From the NCBI GenBank assembly GCA_963575745.1, contig CAUYUJ010000037.1, forward strand, positions 558,001 through 622,000: a DNA stretch of 64,000 bases, given 5' to 3'. Positions 33,085 to 46,910 of this stretch are shown piece by piece; position 1 is the stretch's first letter, and every line of letters begins with the position of its first letter. The DNA is from Prorocentrum cordatum (lineage: Eukaryota). The notes under the pieces are model-generated. The model had not been told where the DNA came from. It saw nothing but the letters and a program-made list of their open reading frames with translations, and made no database searches. A program made the translations under genes and the position numbers.

Positions 33085-36000
33085 CAGCCCGCCCCCTGTG
33101 CCTGCACGAGGTGCTTGAGGCACTGCACCCACGCTCTCCCAGGGAGAGCCGCTGGTGTCGACTAAAACAGGAGGGCTTCCGCGCAACATGTCTCGCCCTT
33201 GGTCTCGCTGTGCGTGCAATCGCTGTGAGTACAATAATGTACTGCTGTCGCAAGACCGCATATGCCTGGGATGTAAGCGACAGGCGAAGCTGTACAAACC
33301 GCGCTCTTCCTCTTCCAAGGCCGACGCCGTCAATCTTGATTCTGTCGACCAGCCGAAAAGCGGCAAGGGCAAGGACAATGCTCATCATACCAGTGCAGCT
33401 GCTGCGTCCTCGTTGGACGTCCCTGCCCTTCTCAAACTGGCAGTCAAGGCTACCGTGCATTCTGATTTGAAGAAGTTGCTCCAGGGCGAGGTGGCCAAGC
33501 TCGGGCCTGTGGTGTCGGCGGGGGGGCGACGGCCCCGCCGAGGCGCTTCGGCGCGCCGTGGGGACGTGGAAGGACGCGGACCACAAGCACACCCAGGCGG
33601 TCAGCAACGTCGTGAGGCCCCAGGCCAACCTCGACGTTGCGGTCCAGCGAGAGAAGGCAGCCGCCCTCGTGCCGCCATGGCCCTCGCGGAGGGCGTCGGA
33701 AGGGGACGAGAAGCGCGAGGAGGGCGAGGGGCAGAAGCTCAAGTTCTCCCTCACCTGAGATCGTGCTCTGTTCGGCGGCCTGGATGAGTTAGAATGTGAA
33801 GAGAACGAACGCGCTGATCTGAAGAAGGCCAAGAAGGATCTTGAGCATCTCCAGGACCATCTGACGGGCAAGGAGGCCGAGGTCTCGGTCATGTTCGAGA
33901 AGGCGCGCTCCGTCAAGCAGGCCGTCGCCGAGCGCATGAAGAAGAAGCGCAGGACCGAGGCGAATGTCGCTGCAGGTGACGGCGCGAAGGGCGATCAGGG
34001 CGCCCAGGCCGCTGCCGACGGCGCTGGCGGTGACGCTGGCCACGGTTCCCCAGCCGCGGAGGCGGCGGCGGCGGCCGACACGCCCGTCGGCGATGCAGAC
34101 GAGGAGGAGCTACGGATCGCCGCGGAGAAGATCTCGGCGGTCAAGCTGCTCGCGCAGAAGAACAGTTTGGAGGAGCAGTCGGCGAACACCGCCAAGTCGC
34201 TCGGCAAGGGCAAGGGCGGGAACTCGCTCGACGCCGAGGCCGTCGGCAAGGGCGGCGGCCGCTCGTGACTAGCCACAGCCAGCACGGGCGACGGAGAGCA
34301 GGCGTCGGCCGTGGCGGGCGCGGGCGGGGGCTGCTCAGGGGGCCCGTTTGGGGTGCAGGAGGACAAGCAGCGCGACTTGTCCACATTTTTGTTCGGCAAC
34401 CTCACGCGTATTGGCGAGAAGTCTTGGAAGTCCTTTTCCCGTGGCAAATTCGACGACGTGGGGGTGGTCGAGACTCACGTCGCTGAGTCCGACGTTGCAT
34501 CTTGGGACAAGAAGGCTCGACGTTCGGGCCTCAAACGCTTGGCGAACTCCGCGGGGGGCCGGGAGAAGCGAGTTTCACAGCAGCAGCCGGCGAGGTCCAG
34601 CGAGGGGGGCGAGTGGGTGCTCTGCAAGGGCCATCTGTAGGTGCACACGTTGCGTTCGCAAGCAGGCGCCAGGCCTCTCCGAGCTGCTGGCCATCGGCAT
34701 CTTGACGGATTTCAAGTAGTGATTGTACACATGTGCGGCTACGGCATCGCCATCATCACCTTTACGGGCATCCTTCGGTGGGTTTCAGAGGCCCCAATGA
34801 GGCCAGGTGCAAGTAGCTGGGCTCGCTGCTGAACCTCCCGAGCATTCCGTGGATCGTTATCGGCGACTTCAACTCCAGTGCAGACAGCATTGAGAAGTCG
34901 CAGTTCTTGAAGCGGTTGCATGGGCGCCCCAGCGCGATGCGCGCAGACATCGAGGCCACTTGCAACCAGGGCTCCAGGGGCTCACACATCGACTGTCTCG
35001 TCGTTCCAGAATTAGCGCAGTCTTACACCGCAGCAGTCTTCCCAGCGGCCGCGGCCCCATGGATACCGAGCGCTGGTCTCCCGGTGCGTCTGCGGCGGTC
35101 AGGTCAGCAGCTGCAGGCGCGGGATTTAGATAGCACCGCAAGTTGCCGCAGGCAGTGCGCCCTCGAGTTGCCCCCGCGCCAGGCCCCGAGAGCAGCCGCG
35201 CGAAGGCAGAGAATGGGGGGCGCAGCCGCCGGCGCAGCTCCGCGAGGGAAAAAACAGTTCGATGATTTCTTCAGCGATCTTTTGCAAGCGCCTGAGGTCG
35301 AAGGCAACCCCGACCCCGACGAAGCTCGGAGTGACGCTAGTTTTGAATACCCCAATGGCCTCGAAAGCGAGGACATGGGCGAGGCAGGTTCTGTTTCCGA
35401 GGAGGGCCCGCGGGCCCGCGAGTTTGAGTTTAGACCGACTGCGCAAATAGATGTTGATAAAGGGCCCCCCGCAAAGTCTGGCGATTCCCGGAGCAGCGTC
35501 GACCCTGAAGCTTTGGGCACGGCCCCCCTGGGCCTCAGGTTAGGCGGCCTTGGCAAGGTACAGACCCAGCAATTATGCCCCAAGCCCCCCGGCATCTAAG
35601 TGCAGCGGCATTTCAAACCCCGGCGATTCACCGTCACCCACCCCCCCCCCCCCCCCCCTCCCCCCCCCGAGGCCACGTGGCTGGAGAGTAAGAGGCAGCT
35701 GGGTTTCACCACAGCTGGCGACATTCCCCCCCCCCCCCCTCCCCCCCCCTTTCCTCCGCCCCATAGCTTCTTGGCTCAGCCCGCCTGCCGCAGCGCGGGC
35801 CACTTCTTCATTGCGCGCGTCCTGGGTGAGCACCGTTGAGCTCGCCATTCGCGCGCGCCGCAATGTGCAGGACCCCCCTGGCATCGCGAGGCGCGATGCT
35901 CCCAGGTTTCGCATCGGCGTTGCTCATCGGCAGGAGGGGCGCAGGCAGACTCCCTGAGAGTGACGTCCTGCCAGGATGGTGGACACGAGTTCTCGCGCTG

Positions 36001-39000
36001 TTTGCTGGCCCGACACGACATTATCAACGTGGCAATGGGTATCGTCAACGTCGTCGTTTGCCGGAATCCCTCGGCCAGCGCATCGACGATCGCCAGAGAA
36101 AGCACGTTCGCACACGCTGTTGCGGAACAAAGAACCTTCTTGGAGGAAGTGGCGGCAAGTTGTCCGACGCATCCTGGACGAGACAGATCGATCAGCAGCA
36201 GCTTCAGTTGTATGCGGACCTGTCCTGTAAGATCTCGGCCAGAGCGCAACGGCGCGCCATCGCAGTGGCTATGACAGATTTCAGTCGTTGGATGGAGAAG
36301 GGCGCGGCCTGGGCAAGCTTCACCGCAGTATCCGCCAAGAACCTGCAGTTCGTCAAGAGCTGGAAGTGAACGGGCGGACCCTCCACCAGCCTCTGGACAT
36401 CGTCGACCGCGAGGCTGAGCGGCGGAGGGAGCTGTGGACGCGCGCCGAGCCCGACAGCGGGCCCCTCCTGGAGGCCTTTCGCCAGGCTCGCGAGCGCGCC
36501 GAGTCGGAGCCTCTCTCCGACATTTCAGGAGAGGACATTCGGCGCGCAGCACGGTCCATGGCAGCCGGCGCTGGTCAAGGCGTTGACCGCATGTCGCTTG
36601 TGGACTTTGAACGCCTGCCTCCCGCAGCGCTGGATGATCCTGCCACGCTGCACATGGCCATCGAGTCGGAGATAGCATGGCCGCATCAGATCATGATGAC
36701 CACGGGGAGGCCCCTCCCCAAGAAGACGGAGGGCGACATAATAGTTGGTTGACTTTCTATGTTCAGCAGAATAGGGAGCCGTGCGAGGGAGCCCGAGGTG
36801 ACGCGCTGGTCCGAGGCATCAGCGCCTCACTGGGACGCAGCAGCGCGAGGCAATGCAGCCTTGCGCGAAGGTTTCATCATCGCGCTTGAGGAGGAGGTTG
36901 GGCACCAGCTCGGCATCCCCTCAGGCGTGGGGCTGCTTGACATTGTCGGCTTCTACGACAATGTGCTGTGGGGTACCTGGTGCCGCAGGGACTGGCACTC
37001 GGCTTTCCTGCTGCCGCCCTGCGCCTGGAGGTGCTCCAGTGCGCGGCGCCGAGAAGCCTCGGCCAGAGCAACTCGTGGGCTCTGCCGAGTGAGCCCACTA
37101 GGTCGGTGGTCCATGGGCCGCGCAGTGGCACGAGGTTCGGGCGCATTATGGTGTACTACGTTCTCGACAAAGTATGTTCAGCTCACCCTCGGATGGGCCA
37201 CCGAATATGGGTGGATGGTCTGGCCCAGCGTGCAATCGGGTCTCGAGGCCAGGTCCGCCAGCAGCTCGTATCGAGTTTGAAGGGGACTTGTCAATGTTTG
37301 GTGTCGATGAAAGTACGAGGGGCGAGCAGGGCCTTGCGTTTGTCGGGGCTTCATGTCCGAGCTGAACGGTCTTCTTGATATTTAGGCTCGGACCTCGGGC
37401 GCGGAGGTCGTCGCGTTCGAGCTTCTCGTCGGAAGCGGGCGGCCAAGTATAAAACGACGCGCTCTAATGTGCGGCGCTTTGCCCGTGCAAGGCGAAAGTG
37501 CGTGGTCTGCTCCATGCTTGAGCGCCTGGGAGCTCAGGCGGCGGGCTCGCGCGGTTTCCAGATCCACGGGGTCTCCGGCGTTCGCGCGCAGCAGCACAGG
37601 CAGCGCCTGGCGGCGGCCATCGCCGCGCCTTCCCGCGGGCGATGCCTCGCGACGCTGCTGGCCATCAATTCGCCTGCCGATCCCGCACTGAGGCTGCCCG
37701 AGGAATGCCTTCGCACTTGCTTCAGAGTTTGGCAGAGCGCGCCCTCCATTCGCCCAGGAGCATGTCGCATCTGGCCTTCGCTTTTGGAGAAGTTGCGAGG
37801 GATGCAGCCTGAGCAACGATCTCGCCATATGCGAGGCCCAGTCTCGGCGATCATCAACCTTTTACTCAGTCATGGGCGGGGCCCAGCTTCCGCTACAGAT
37901 TGGACTAGGCCAGCTGAGACCGCTGAGGGAAAGACAGTTGCATGGCATTTGCCCGACAGTGCGTGGGAAGGCTGGCCAGATGCGGACGATCCTGGAAGTT
38001 TAGTTTGCGATGTTCAGTATTCGATGTTACAGAAGTTATGGCGAGATGCAGCTCAGCACGTCTGTGGAGGAGGCATGGAGGATGGCATGGATTGCGGTTC
38101 CCTCCGCCGGCTTCACGCGCAGATGTTGAGCTTAGACAGTGGCAGCAGATTACCAGAGCTTCATGTTACAGTTGCTGCAGGGGCCTCGTGTGCGTCGAGC
38201 AGAAGCAGCTGGTGTTAAGGGAGTCGTATTGGATCACGTGCGTCCGCGATGTGGGGAGAAGAAGAAATGTCAGATTCATCGCATATGGCGTTGCTCGCGC
38301 AACACGGGAGCCCCAGCATATGCGCATTCCGACTGTCTGGTGAAGGAAGCATACGCCAATTGGGAATCAGCTGAATGCTTCTGGCTCCGAGGTTTGTTGC
38401 CGTCGAGCTGGGTCAGCGCCCCTCCACCACCCGAGGCGGAAAGCTGGTTCTCGCCAGGTTGCACCACCAACGATGGGAATGCAACTTGGCTCGGCACAGG
38501 GACACGGCAGCAGCCCTTAAATCGCTTTGAGGATGCTAGTGGCGGCGAATTTTCGAGCGATTCGAGGTTCAGACGGGCGGGCCTCGCAGTCACAGCTGCG
38601 TCCTGCTTCGAGCCTCTCACTGCGGCCGCTACGGCTACAGGGGCTCTGACTGGCCCCCGCCAGTCGGTGCCGCGAGGCGAGTTGCGAGCGCTCCTCTTGG
38701 CTGCAGAGTATTCGACAGGCTCCGTGGTCTACATCACGGACGACCAGAACGTGGCGAATGGCTGGGCCGAGAGGCGCTACCTGCAGCCAGAAGGTGTTGA
38801 TGCAGATATTTGGCACCGTTTGGGTGCGCAGTTCAGGCAAAGATATTCATCCTCATTAGTGGTGTTATTCGTCAACTCACATCTGGGGTCCAGTGACGCC
38901 ATGACCCGACGCTTCCCTTTGTGGATGACCCCCGGGAATACAGTTGCTGACATGATTGCCAATGTTGTTGCCGAGAGGTGCCAAGTCTCTCAGAGTCATG

Positions 39001-39630
39001 TGTATCGTGTTGCGTCGTGGGGGAAGAAGGCTTTCTTGGTCCGATTACGTCTTCTCAGAGCCACGGTCGACACGCTTGGACCGGAGAAGGAGTTGCAGGG
39101 GTCTGGCCCTAGGAAAAAGTCTGCGCCCCCTCCTGTCCCCCCTCCCGCTCCGTCTGTTGCGCAACGGTTCACCGCAGGCCACCGCCTGGCAGAGTTCGGA
39201 CGTCGCTGCCTCTGTTGTTGTAGCTCCGCCACGATAGCCCGTCAGTGGAGGGGCGCGCCCTGTTTCCAGCCGTCGCTGGTCAACGGCGTGGTTTTCGGGG
39301 CACCGCCAGGGGCAAAGCTGCGCATAGCTGGGGGGGGGGGGGCGCATGAAACACATATGATGCGTTCGCATGGTACCCTCAAGCTCTGGTTATGTTCGAG
39401 CTGTGGGTATTTTGCTAGTCAAATGATCAGAGGCCTTGGGCAACCGTGCCCCATGGCCCCGAATTCCAATCGAGCCGAGTATTTATCCAGAATCGAGAAG
39501 GGGCAATGGCCCAAGATTCTGAGTCGGGCCGAGCTCGCTCGTCGGGGCCCCTAGGTCTTCGGGATTCGCTTCGCGTCTGGCCTCGCTCGCTCACTCTTCC
39601 TCCTCCTCCTCCTCCTCCTCCCCCCTCCTC
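33051..39630 (+). mobile_element. Decayed non-LTR retrotransposon (LINE 1 of 2): ORF1, APE endonuclease, RT, RNase H, C-terminal Zn finger
   Basis: ORF1 from ATG 33188 (RCACNRC...CLGC, coiled coil) to 34268. APE: FGNLT, VVETHV, WIVIGDFN, SHIDCLVV. RT: PLPKK, LLDIVGFYDNV, IWVDG. RNase H: EDASGG, VPRGELRA, ITDD, GNTVADMIA. HETH...CSSCG; stop at 39554. Many frameshifts and stops. Confidence 0.88.
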
Positions 39631-39647
39631 CGCTCCGCCGCCGCCCC

Positions 39648-39669
39648 TCCGTAGCCATTTTGGCCCCAG
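39648..39669 (+). other. Near-complete dinoflagellate spliced leader copy
   Basis: TCCGTAGCCATTTTGGCCCCAG matches DCCGTAGCCATTTTGGCTCAAG at 20 of 22 positions. Confidence 0.88.
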
Positions 39670-42600
39670 GCTCATGCATCTGCGGGCTGAGCCCGCATGG
39701 GCAGAAACGGATGCCGCTGTCGCCGCGGCCAGTCCCCAAGTGAATTTTGTGAGCTCCTGCTGGAGCATCAGTCTTTCTCTCGCGGCATCAGTCACTGCCA
39801 GCGCAGTGACATCGCGATGGCGGCGTCGAAGAAGAAGTGGGGCTGGTCGAGGTGCGACGCATGTCAGAACTGGGCCTACGACTACAAAATCAAGGCGAAC
39901 GGCGGCTCCTGCAAGAAGTGCGATTCGGAGGTCGTTCTGTGGGGAGACAAGCAGCAGGCGAGCGGGGCGAAGCCACCGTGGGTCAAGGGCACCCACGCTG
40001 AAGTTGTGCGCAAGCAGCTGGCCACGGCGCTGGCAAAGTTGGGGCCCGACCCAGCCCTGGAAGCTCAGCTTGGCGCCCCCCAGTCCTCCATCGAGAAGAA
40101 TGCGGCACCCGAGGTGCAGGCATTGCCGGAGTCTGCAGTCCTTAAGCAAGCCATTGCGAAGGTCAACGCAGCTAAGGCCAAAATGGAGGGCATCACCAAG
40201 AAGCACCGCGAGGCCGAGGACAACGTCAAGAAGCTGCAATTACAGATGGAGCAGGCGGCTGCAGATGCGCTCGACGCCCAGCGCCTGCACTCTCAGACGC
40301 TCGCAGAGTACACGGCACAAGCAGAACCATATGGCACGCATCAGAAGGCTGAGCAGGCCCCCATCCTACGACCCCTCCCTCTTCGAGGAGGGCGACGATC
40401 TCGAGCAGGAGCAGAAGGGCCAGCTCGCGAAGTTCAGGGCGGCCGCCGACGCGCTCGAGAGCCTGGTCAAGGTCGCGAAGGCGAAGGAGCAGGAGCTCGT
40501 GGCCATGGTCGACCAGGCGGGGCGCACCAAGGCGGAGCACGCCGAGAAGAAGCGCAAAGTCGAGGTTGAAGGGCAGCAAGTTCCTCAGGCAGTTCCACAA
40601 GCTCCCAGGCAGACGGCTGCGGCTGCGACGGAGCCAGACCCCATGTCCCAGAAGGAGAAAAACAAAAAGCTGGGGCCATCGCCAAGATCGTCGAAGAGAA
40701 CAAGGCGAAGGCCAAGGCGGCGGCAGAGGTGGCAGCAGCAGGGAGGCCCAAGCCTCCCGGTGGCAACCAGGCGTCTACTACTGGCGCTGCTTCTGCTGAG
40801 CAGGCACATGTTTAGCACGGTTGGCACGTTGTCGGACCCAGTGAGGCCTCGCCCCAGATGCGACTCGATTGAGAATGGGAGGACGCAACCGTCTCCAGGT
40901 CACGACGGCAAACAGTGCCAGAATACGAACATTTTCTCCAGCAGCATCACGCAGTGGGGCCCCAAGCCCCACAAGTTCATCAACGAGAACATCCAGCTGG
41001 CGGACGTCTTCGCGTTCACGGAGACACACATCCCGTCGTCTGGCATCGCGAAGGTCAAGACGGAGCTTTCCAAGGATGGTTGGAAGGCGTCGGCCACGGC
41101 GGCCACGCCCACGAAGCGCTCAGAGTTCGGGAACAGCGGGGGAGAGCTCCTCATCGCCAAGACGCACTTGGCGACCACCACCTACGACGAGATGAGGGCG
41201 CACCTCGTCTCTAGCGGCAGTCGGGATCCACTTCGAGGGTTCGCGGCCATGAATCTCCACCTCAAAGGGGGCAACATAATCCTGTTGCCCCTGTACCTTT
41301 TGCCGAAGGCGGGCATGCTAGGCAGCAACTTTGAGAAGATCAAGGCCTTATCGACGGTCATTGGTAGCATCGCGGACCCGTGGATCATCATGGCTGATTG
41401 GAATCTTACACCTTCGGCAGTTGAAAAGCCGGGACCCCCTCAGCGTCTTGGAGAGAAGGTTATCCGGCCAAATGTAGAAGCCACTTGGGCAAGGGCAGCC
41501 TCATCGACTTCGCGGTGGCCAGAGAAGATATATTGGCGGGCATTCGCATCGAGGCAGTGGCGACCGTTCTTTGGAGGACACACACTGGGTTGCGCCTCAT
41601 CCTGCCAGGTCGGTCGCAGTTGGCGGCACCGTCGCCGTCAGCTCCCTCGACCGCCCCCAGTTGCACTACCGCCGACGAAGTTACCATATCCAGAGAGCAA
41701 GGGCAGCAAGAAGAGGGAGGCAGCGCGACTTCGGCGACAGGAGCAGCTCCCCGGGTACATGCACGAGGAGTTCGACAACATGGAACCACCACTTGGTTCA
41801 AATGCAGAGAATGTCACCACTCAGTATAACATCGACGAAACATGTTGGCTATCAGCAATCGCCAAAGGCACTCCTCCGATATACACGAGCCAGATGGAAG
41901 AGATTGAGCCACTTCTCTTGCACCATGGTGAGCAGCAAAGTCTCATGGAGCAGGCGATTACTGGAGAGTACGCGGCCTGGGTCACTGCTCTGGAGGAGGC
42001 TATCATCGGCGCAGAAACGTTGGACGCCAAGGAGGCGGACGCTTACCGAGGCAGAGGGGGTGGTTTCGCTATCAGGTGGCAGAGATCGAAAGCGACGCCA
42101 GGCAGATTACACATGAAGTACCAGCCAGCGGAGCTCTGGGCCATCATCGGCACCATCATCACCAAGTACGAGGCCCTCAGAGCCAACGGAACGGACCCCA
42201 GGCAGCAGAAGGAATGCGCTCGGCAGCTTTCCTCTACGCGCTTGCAGTTACGACGCCTGGGATTGGAAAATGTGTCTGGGAAGAAGTACGACAGGGACGA
42301 CGCAGACGAGAGGATGCTGCAGTTACAGTCAGTTGCCAGCCTCACACCATCGGAGCTAGCTGGCATCAAAGGCGAAATTGAGAACCACCTGGCGATCGCA
42401 GTCAGTCGGGGCATGACAATACAGAAGCAGCAGTTCACGAAATGGGCCAAAAAGATGTGGTCGGAGTCGCCTGGGATCTTACACAGGCACCTCAAAGACC
42501 CGACAAAGGTCGTCAACGACCAGTTTCACAACGGCGCTAGCTCGGCGGATCCCGAGGCGCTGATGAAGACATAGGCCCAAATATGGAGGAAGGTATGGAC

Positions 42601-45600
42601 AGATCAGGAAGACACACGAGAATATATCAGGGCAGAGCTGCGCCTCATGCACACTCGGGCGCGCAAGGAGGACCTGGAACCCATCGCGCTTGAGCAGCTC
42701 GACGGAGCGATGGCGGCCACCAGCTCTAACAAGGCTGGTGGAGTGGGTGGGCTAACAACTACATGACATCAAGAGGCTCCCTGCGGAGGCACGGCTGCGG
42801 CTGGTGGAGCTTATCAATATGTGCGAGAAGGCGGGCACGTGGCCCAGGCAATGGCTCGCTGCCCTAGGAGCGGTGGTACCCAAGCCAGCAGGGGAGAACG
42901 TGTCCTGGGAATGTTGCCGCTACCAGTGAAGCTTTGGAGCCGTGCCCGTTCGTCGCCATGCAGTGAGTGGCAGCTCGGCCCTCGCAGCTGGGCTACTGGG
43001 AGCAGTACTAGACGAGTCGGCGTGCGAGATAGGCATCACCAGCCTCGCGACCCTGAAGGACATAGAGAAGTTCTATGACAGCGTCAGCCTGGTCCTCTTG
43101 TTGAGAATAGCTCGCGACTGGGGATATCCAGCAGCGGTAGTCGAATTGGAGGTGTCGGCGTTCGCGGCCCCGAGGCCCATCAACGACAAGGCGGTCTCGA
43201 GCAAGCCGATAGAAGTTAGACGCCCCATAGTTGCTGGATCCCCCAGAGGCATGAGCCCAGCGAAAGTGTTTATATACCCTATTCTCCGGGGGGCCCGCGC
43301 CCCCCACCGAGGGCAGGGTTATGGACGTTCGTCGACGACACGGTCACCAGAACGGAGGGCGCGCACAAAGAGACCCCAGAGAAGCTGATCGAGGTGGCCT
43401 TGGTACTGACACAGGGCATGCGGAAGCAGAGGCTCACTATCTCGGACAAGACAGTTCTCATTGGCACGGACAGGAAGATGGCCAAGGACACCGCGAGGAT
43501 CTTAAGACGGCGTGGCATACCAGTCAAAGCGGCGAACCATACCAAAGACCTCGGGCTTGATGCAGCAGCGTGAAGGAAGCGCTCTGTCCGCGCCCCCAAG
43601 CAGCGCATCGGCAAGGCCACGAAGCGGCTCGGCAGAATCAGGAGGTTGCGGAGATCTACCACACTGGCGAAAGAATCCAAGGGGCTATGGGCCACGGGCG
43701 TTCTACCACAAGCGACCTACGGACATCAGGCGTTCGGAGTGGCCCCAGGTTCCTTGACCAAGTTACGACGTCAATCAGGACAACTAGCAGGAGGGTCCCA
43801 AGGTGGGAAGTGTCTAACCACGACCCTTGCCATCGAGCTATACGACAAGGGGCCTGGTTTGGAGTTGCGCAAGACAGTTGTTTCAGAATGGTTGGCATTG
43901 TGGCAGTTGAATCCATCAATACATCAAAGAGTCAAAATGGCATGGGGAACGATCAGGCACAGACTACTGCAGGCCGGGCGAATGAGATGGGCATACGTCA
44001 AAGGCCCGATTGCCACCTTGCAGGCTACACTCATGGACATCGGTTGGGGCCCCATCAGCGCTACGGAGTGGGATAGACCGCGGCCAGGTGGGCAGCTCCA
44101 GGCTTGGATAATACCCAGCAGTACGGACACGGACTACTCGCAGGACTGGGAGCGCACGGCCATCCTTGGAGATCTCGTCAACGACATGCGCAGCACCTAC
44201 TGGAAGCAGGCGGCCAGTCAAGAAGACGGTCAAGGAGTTCAAATGGATGCTGATGTTTGGAGAATACGCAGAGAGCAAAGATCCAGAGGGTGCTGCGGAT
44301 CAAGCGGCGCTCAACCCCCTAGTCACGGCGGGAGGTCAGTGGACACGAATCCGACGCAGAAAAGAAGGATATGTCATCAGCACGGCCGCCTGCCCACGCT
44401 GCGGACTCAAAGGCGAAACATTATATCATCGTATATGGGAATGCGAAAAGAACACAGGCCACGAGGACTTCGAGAAGACGGACAGCTTGGTGGCACAGGC
44501 GGCAGTTCAGCATGAGTCAATGCCCGCGTTCTGGCTCAGCGGCCCCCCGTCCATCGAGCAGACTACGCCGCAGTTCGACGGGCATCGCATAGGGCTGTTG
44601 AGCATTCGACACCATGCCAGTGGCTTCGCCAACTGTAGATATCTAGGTCGAACTGTTATTTTTGGAGACGGCTCTGGAGGTAAGTTTTCAGACGACCCTA
44701 GGAGGAGAAGGGCGGGGGCCGTGATTGTTGGCTTCCACCTTGGGACTGATGGTTCCTGGACTCTCGGAGAGGCCCTCGGTGCCCCCCTCCTTGGGGAGAA
44801 GCAGTCTGTCCCCAGGGCCGAGCTCCTCGCCTTTTGTCTAGCGCTCGAGAATGTCCCAGCAGAATGCGAATTCACGTTTGTGACGGATCACAAAACAATC
44901 GCCAGGACATGGGCCCGTCGGTTTGCCACCGCTGACCCAGTTGGGGTCAACGAAGGTCTTTGGACCAGGGCCCGCAAGGCGTGTAGTTTGGACCACTTCC
45001 CACCAAGAGGAGGAAACTTTGCAGAATTTAGACACGCCAGAGAAGCTCCTTTTCGTTTCAGGCAATGCCAGCGCTGATTGTTGGGCGGGGGAGGCGTCGG
45101 AGCTGGCGTGGTCGGGAGTGGTGGGGAGGGTCCCTGACACGGATAAGGTAGATGTCGCGGCTGCGCTGATCCGCCAAAGGGCCAGACGTGCCCCAGCGGC
45201 GGCAGTGGAGGCCGAAGTAACGAACAAGGCCGAGGGGAACCCCACAACGAGGGGTCCTCGGGTCCCCAGATTAGTAGCGCTTGCAGCAGCGTCCGAGCAT
45301 ATTTTGGAGCCGTGCGGTTCTAGCCAGAAATACTGGTGGTGCACCATCTGTGAGAGAGTTTTGCCCCGATACAAGGCTCGGGATTTCGCAGCTGCGAAAT
45401 GCTCTGGTTCCCCTGCGGAACCACAGGTTGGAGCCATGGCCCCTCCAGGAGAGAGAGAACAGGCCCTGCCATTCGAGGACAGGGCATGTGTGCTGAATTT
45501 CACCCCTCTCACAGAATTCAGTATGTGGAAAAATGGTTCCTGCACGTTTGTTCGGTGTGTGGACAGTATGTCACGATCACGCCGTCGAACCTCGCCTCAA

Positions 45601-45960
45601 GTTGTGTGGGCAAGAACCGCAATGGCAACGAGAATCTTTCCAGGCTCAGAGGCGGCCTTTTTCCTCGGCGTGAAGGGCCCCCGAAAACCGTTCGGGAGGC
45701 CATCCTGGCCCGAGATGCTGCTGCTTGTTTGACTGCGGACGCCAGCGCCCCGCAGCAGGAAGACCCAGGAGCCGTCCAGCCAGGCCAGGTTGCTGGGCCT
45801 TCGGGGGCCCAGGATGGAGCGGGGGATGGGCCCGCGGCTCCTTCCAGGCCTGGCCAGGGCCAGGCGTCTCGGCCCCCTAAGGCCGAGGCGATCCCAGGGC
45901 TTAAGTCGCCTCCCAGGACAGAGTCCGATATCAAAGAGGTCCAAAAAAGAGGTCCGCTGC
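39648..45960 (+). mobile_element. Decayed non-LTR retrotransposon (LINE 2 of 2), same architecture as LINE 1
   Basis: ORF1 from ATG 39817 (SRCDAC...SCKKC, coiled coil). APE: SSITQW, AFTETHI, WIIMADWN, SLIDFAV. RT: VPKP...RVLGMLP, KDIEKFYDSV, IVAGSP, TFVDD, KDLG. RNase H: FGDGSGG, VPRAELLA, VTDH, GNASADCWA. HPSH...CSVCG. 3' end approximate. Confidence 0.88.
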
Positions 45961-46279
45961 CGCCCCTCTGTTGCCCCTTCGTCCTCCGCCCCTCTTACAT
46001 CTGTTCCTCCTCCTCTCCCCCCAGGAGGGCAGCGCGAGAGCTCGGAGTTGCGAAGCGCGAAGCGCGATCTCAGCTGCCCCCGTCGCCGGGCCCTGGGGCC
46101 GCCAGAAACTCACGGGGACCCAGGGCCCGTTTCCACCAGGCCCGCTCTCCCACATGCCAACCCAGCACGTGCGCGAGCACACGTCACCCTCCCCCCCGTT
46201 CGCCCCCGCCTCGAGATGCCCGCCTCTGGTGGCACGCCGCCGGAGTGTTGAAGTCGACCTCCCGCCAGAGGCTCTGGTG

Positions 46280-46657
46280 CCTGACCCTGCTCCTTCTGCA
46301 CCCCTCCCTCCTCACTCGTCTTTCCGTTCTCGGTCCTCTCTTTTACAATCCTCCATCCCACCTCCATCATCACCCGTCCCTCCTCCCTTCGCCATTCCCC
46401 CCTTCCTCCATCCTCCCTCCTTCCTCCCTCCATCCTCCTTCTCTCCATCCTCATCCCTTCAATGTCATGAATATGATCCTCCCCCTCCATCTCCTCCTCC
46501 CTTCTCCATCTCACTTCTCACTTCTTCTCCCTTCATCTCTACCCCCCTCTCTCATCATCCTCCCTACTTCCTCCCTTCTCCTGCTCTCCCTCCCATCCAA
46601 TCCCGCCGCCTCCCACCCCTCTCACCTCCTTCCTCTTCCCACATCTCTACGTTATCC

Positions 46658-46688
<31 letters not shown>

Positions 46689-46910
46689 TTCTCCTTCCAT
46701 TTCCGCTCAGTTTTATCCCCCTCTCCTTAGAATTTCATCCATCTTACCTCCCCCCTCCTCCCTCCCGTCGTGTCATACCATCCTGTCCTCTGCAATCCCT
46801 TATCATCCATCCCCTTCCATCCTCTTCCCGTTTCATTCATCCCTCCTTTTCTCTTTTCTCCTTGCATCTCTGCCGATGATCTTCTCGCTTTGCCCTTCCC
46901 CCTCCCCCAA
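46280..46910. repeat. Polypyrimidine low-complexity tract
   Basis: CT-rich, includes (CT)n. Confidence 0.85.

Noticed and set aside
39446..42574. 1042-aa ORF as one real protein
   Set aside because: It passes in and out of the true LINE frames; only parts (ORF1 end, APE, linker) are genuine.
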